Of a DNA stretch of 64,000 bases, positions 64,000 to 64,000 are shown piece by piece. Source of the DNA: Eledone cirrhosa (Eukaryota); contig OZ024764.1 of assembly GCA_964016885.1 (NCBI GenBank), forward strand, positions 9,734,001-9,798,000, written 5' to 3'. The position numbers and the translations under genes were made by a program. Position 1 is the stretch's first letter, and every line of letters begins with the position of its first letter. The notes under the pieces are model-generated. The model did no database searches and had not been told where the DNA came from. It worked only from the letters and a program-made list of their open reading frames with translations.

Positions 64000-64000
64000 T

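Larger units (their letters stand above)
58597..64000 (-). mobile_element. L1/Tx1-clade non-LTR retrotransposon, apparently intact; 5' end outside the window
   Basis: Two tandem ORFs separated by 21 bp, a ~235-bp 3' UTR ending AATAAAGAAACC, and GC content clearly higher than the flanks. Confidence 0.93.

Overview
Eukaryotic (metazoan) genomic DNA, very AT-rich and full of microsatellites. The SINE/LINE content and (TA)n/(CA)n load suggest a cephalopod such as Octopus; this is an inference. Three spliced genes were reconstructed by hand from GT-AG boundaries: (1) a complete 5-exon gene on - (24429->8922, ~381 aa) for a secreted protein with three chitin-binding type-2 (peritrophin-A/CBM14) domains and poly-Asn/poly-Gly linkers; (2) a complete 3-exon BOLA2 on - (37052->33717, 90 aa); (3) the first three coding exons of TMEM120 on + (48068->56296). 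An apparently intact L1/Tx1-clade LINE (ORF1 + APE-RT ORF2) lies on - at the window end. It is nested inside a 72-bp satellite that is itself the expanded interior of a piggyBac-type MITE. The rest is tRNA-derived SINEs, RTE fragments and about ten tandem arrays, several born from pieces of TEs. The most interesting hidden signals are several unrelated families of Penelope-type hammerhead ribozyme motifs, including an intact one at 78-151 and a head-to-head pair in a 140-bp palindrome at 1933-2072, and recurrent fold-back hairpins at TE junctions. Nearly all long ORFs in the supplied track outside the LINE are microsatellite or satellite artefacts.
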